Source: Tricharina praecox
Taxonomy: Eukaryota
Reading direction: 5' to 3'
DNA: 20,000 bases
NCBI RefSeq assembly: GCF_024521635.1
Contig: NW_026250418.1
Coordinates: forward strand, 857,085-877,084
Shown: positions 19,341 to 20,000 of the stretch, piece after piece
Layout: the number at the start of each line of letters is the position of its first letter
How positions within the stretch are numbered: position 1 is the stretch's first letter
Position numbers and translations under genes: made by a program
The notes under the pieces: model-generated
Databases searched by the model: none
The model's input: the letters and a program-made list of their open reading frames with translations, nothing else
Told to the model about the DNA's origin: nothing

Positions 19341-20000
19341 TGTGAAACTGGAACGATTTCGGTCGTTGGAGTCGATTGATAGAATAGGATAAGAATGAAG
19401 ATAGATAGTATTCTTTCTTTCACAAGCGGAATAATCTTAAGGGGTAGTGTCGATGGTTTTCTGGTCGCTGATTCTGATGATGAATCTTTCGTCGTGTCGT
19501 CGGAAGTCTATAGTTGGGTGATGTGATCGAGTCACGTGCCAGCCGTTGCCGTAGTTTGTTGCCGGATGGAACCCCTGGCGTGAAATCTCTGCACTTGGTG
19601 CGGAGACTTTCTCCGCCATGTCATCAGAGTTGTCGTAAGCTTTCAGGATAGTTTATACAAACTAGGCAGGTATGGCGCACCAATCCTTACCCGAGCATAG
19701 TCCGGTTTCAGCTATCTCCCCGCTGGGCAACGGCTGCGCCTTTCGGCACGGCTCTTATTTGCTTAAGACGCGAGAAGAGGGGCAACACTCGTCATAGTGG
19801 TTTTTCTCCGATCAGAGTTTCCTCTGCGCTTGTTCCGCGATTCGCCTGCCTCAAGTCAAGGATGACTGTATCGGACTTTTTGTGCGTATCGCTGCGCCTC
19901 CGATCCCACCTAGACTCTGGTTCCGTTTGCTTCCTTCCTTCCTATCTCGTCTCTGACTAGCTACGACTAATCTAAAAAATCCCCTCCTGTTCCCCGATCT
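19341..20000 (-). mobile_element. Diverged family-B-like LTR in reverse orientation, runs off the window
   Basis: Starts TGTGAAACTGGAACG. Shares CGGAATAATCTTAAGGG and AGATAGGAAGGA..GCAAACGGA..CCAGAGTCTAG blocks with 9375-10066 in inverted, colinear order. Confidence 0.75.

Noticed and set aside
18640..19392. 250-aa ORF as a real gene
   Set aside because: Chance fusion of antisense family-A LTR sequence with the interrupted family-B protease and the next LTR.

Overview
Fungal (ascomycete-like) genomic DNA in two parts. Positions 1-7.5 kb hold two paralogous HET-domain-type genes converging on an uncharacterised multi-pass membrane protein gene; one paralog is 5'-truncated by the window and has an intron, the other carries two in-frame TGA stops. 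Positions 8.5-20 kb are a nest of Ty3/Gypsy LTR retrotransposons. An old + strand element (family B) is interrupted in its protease by a 6.5-kb composite insertion (12350-18849) flanked by one 5-bp target-site duplication (CGGGT). The composite is a 409-bp non-coding LTR element (TRIM-like, identical 111-bp LTRs) joined by 4 nt (GTAG) to a young chromodomain Gypsy element (family A, 510-bp LTRs, one mismatch seen). The mini-element appears to combine a tRNA-type Pol III promoter (A box in the LTR, B box internal) with a Tf1-style self-priming site. The GT+AG junction matches end-to-end joining of the two unprocessed cDNAs before co-integration. All alignments were done by eye and no database was searched, so novelty is unverified.
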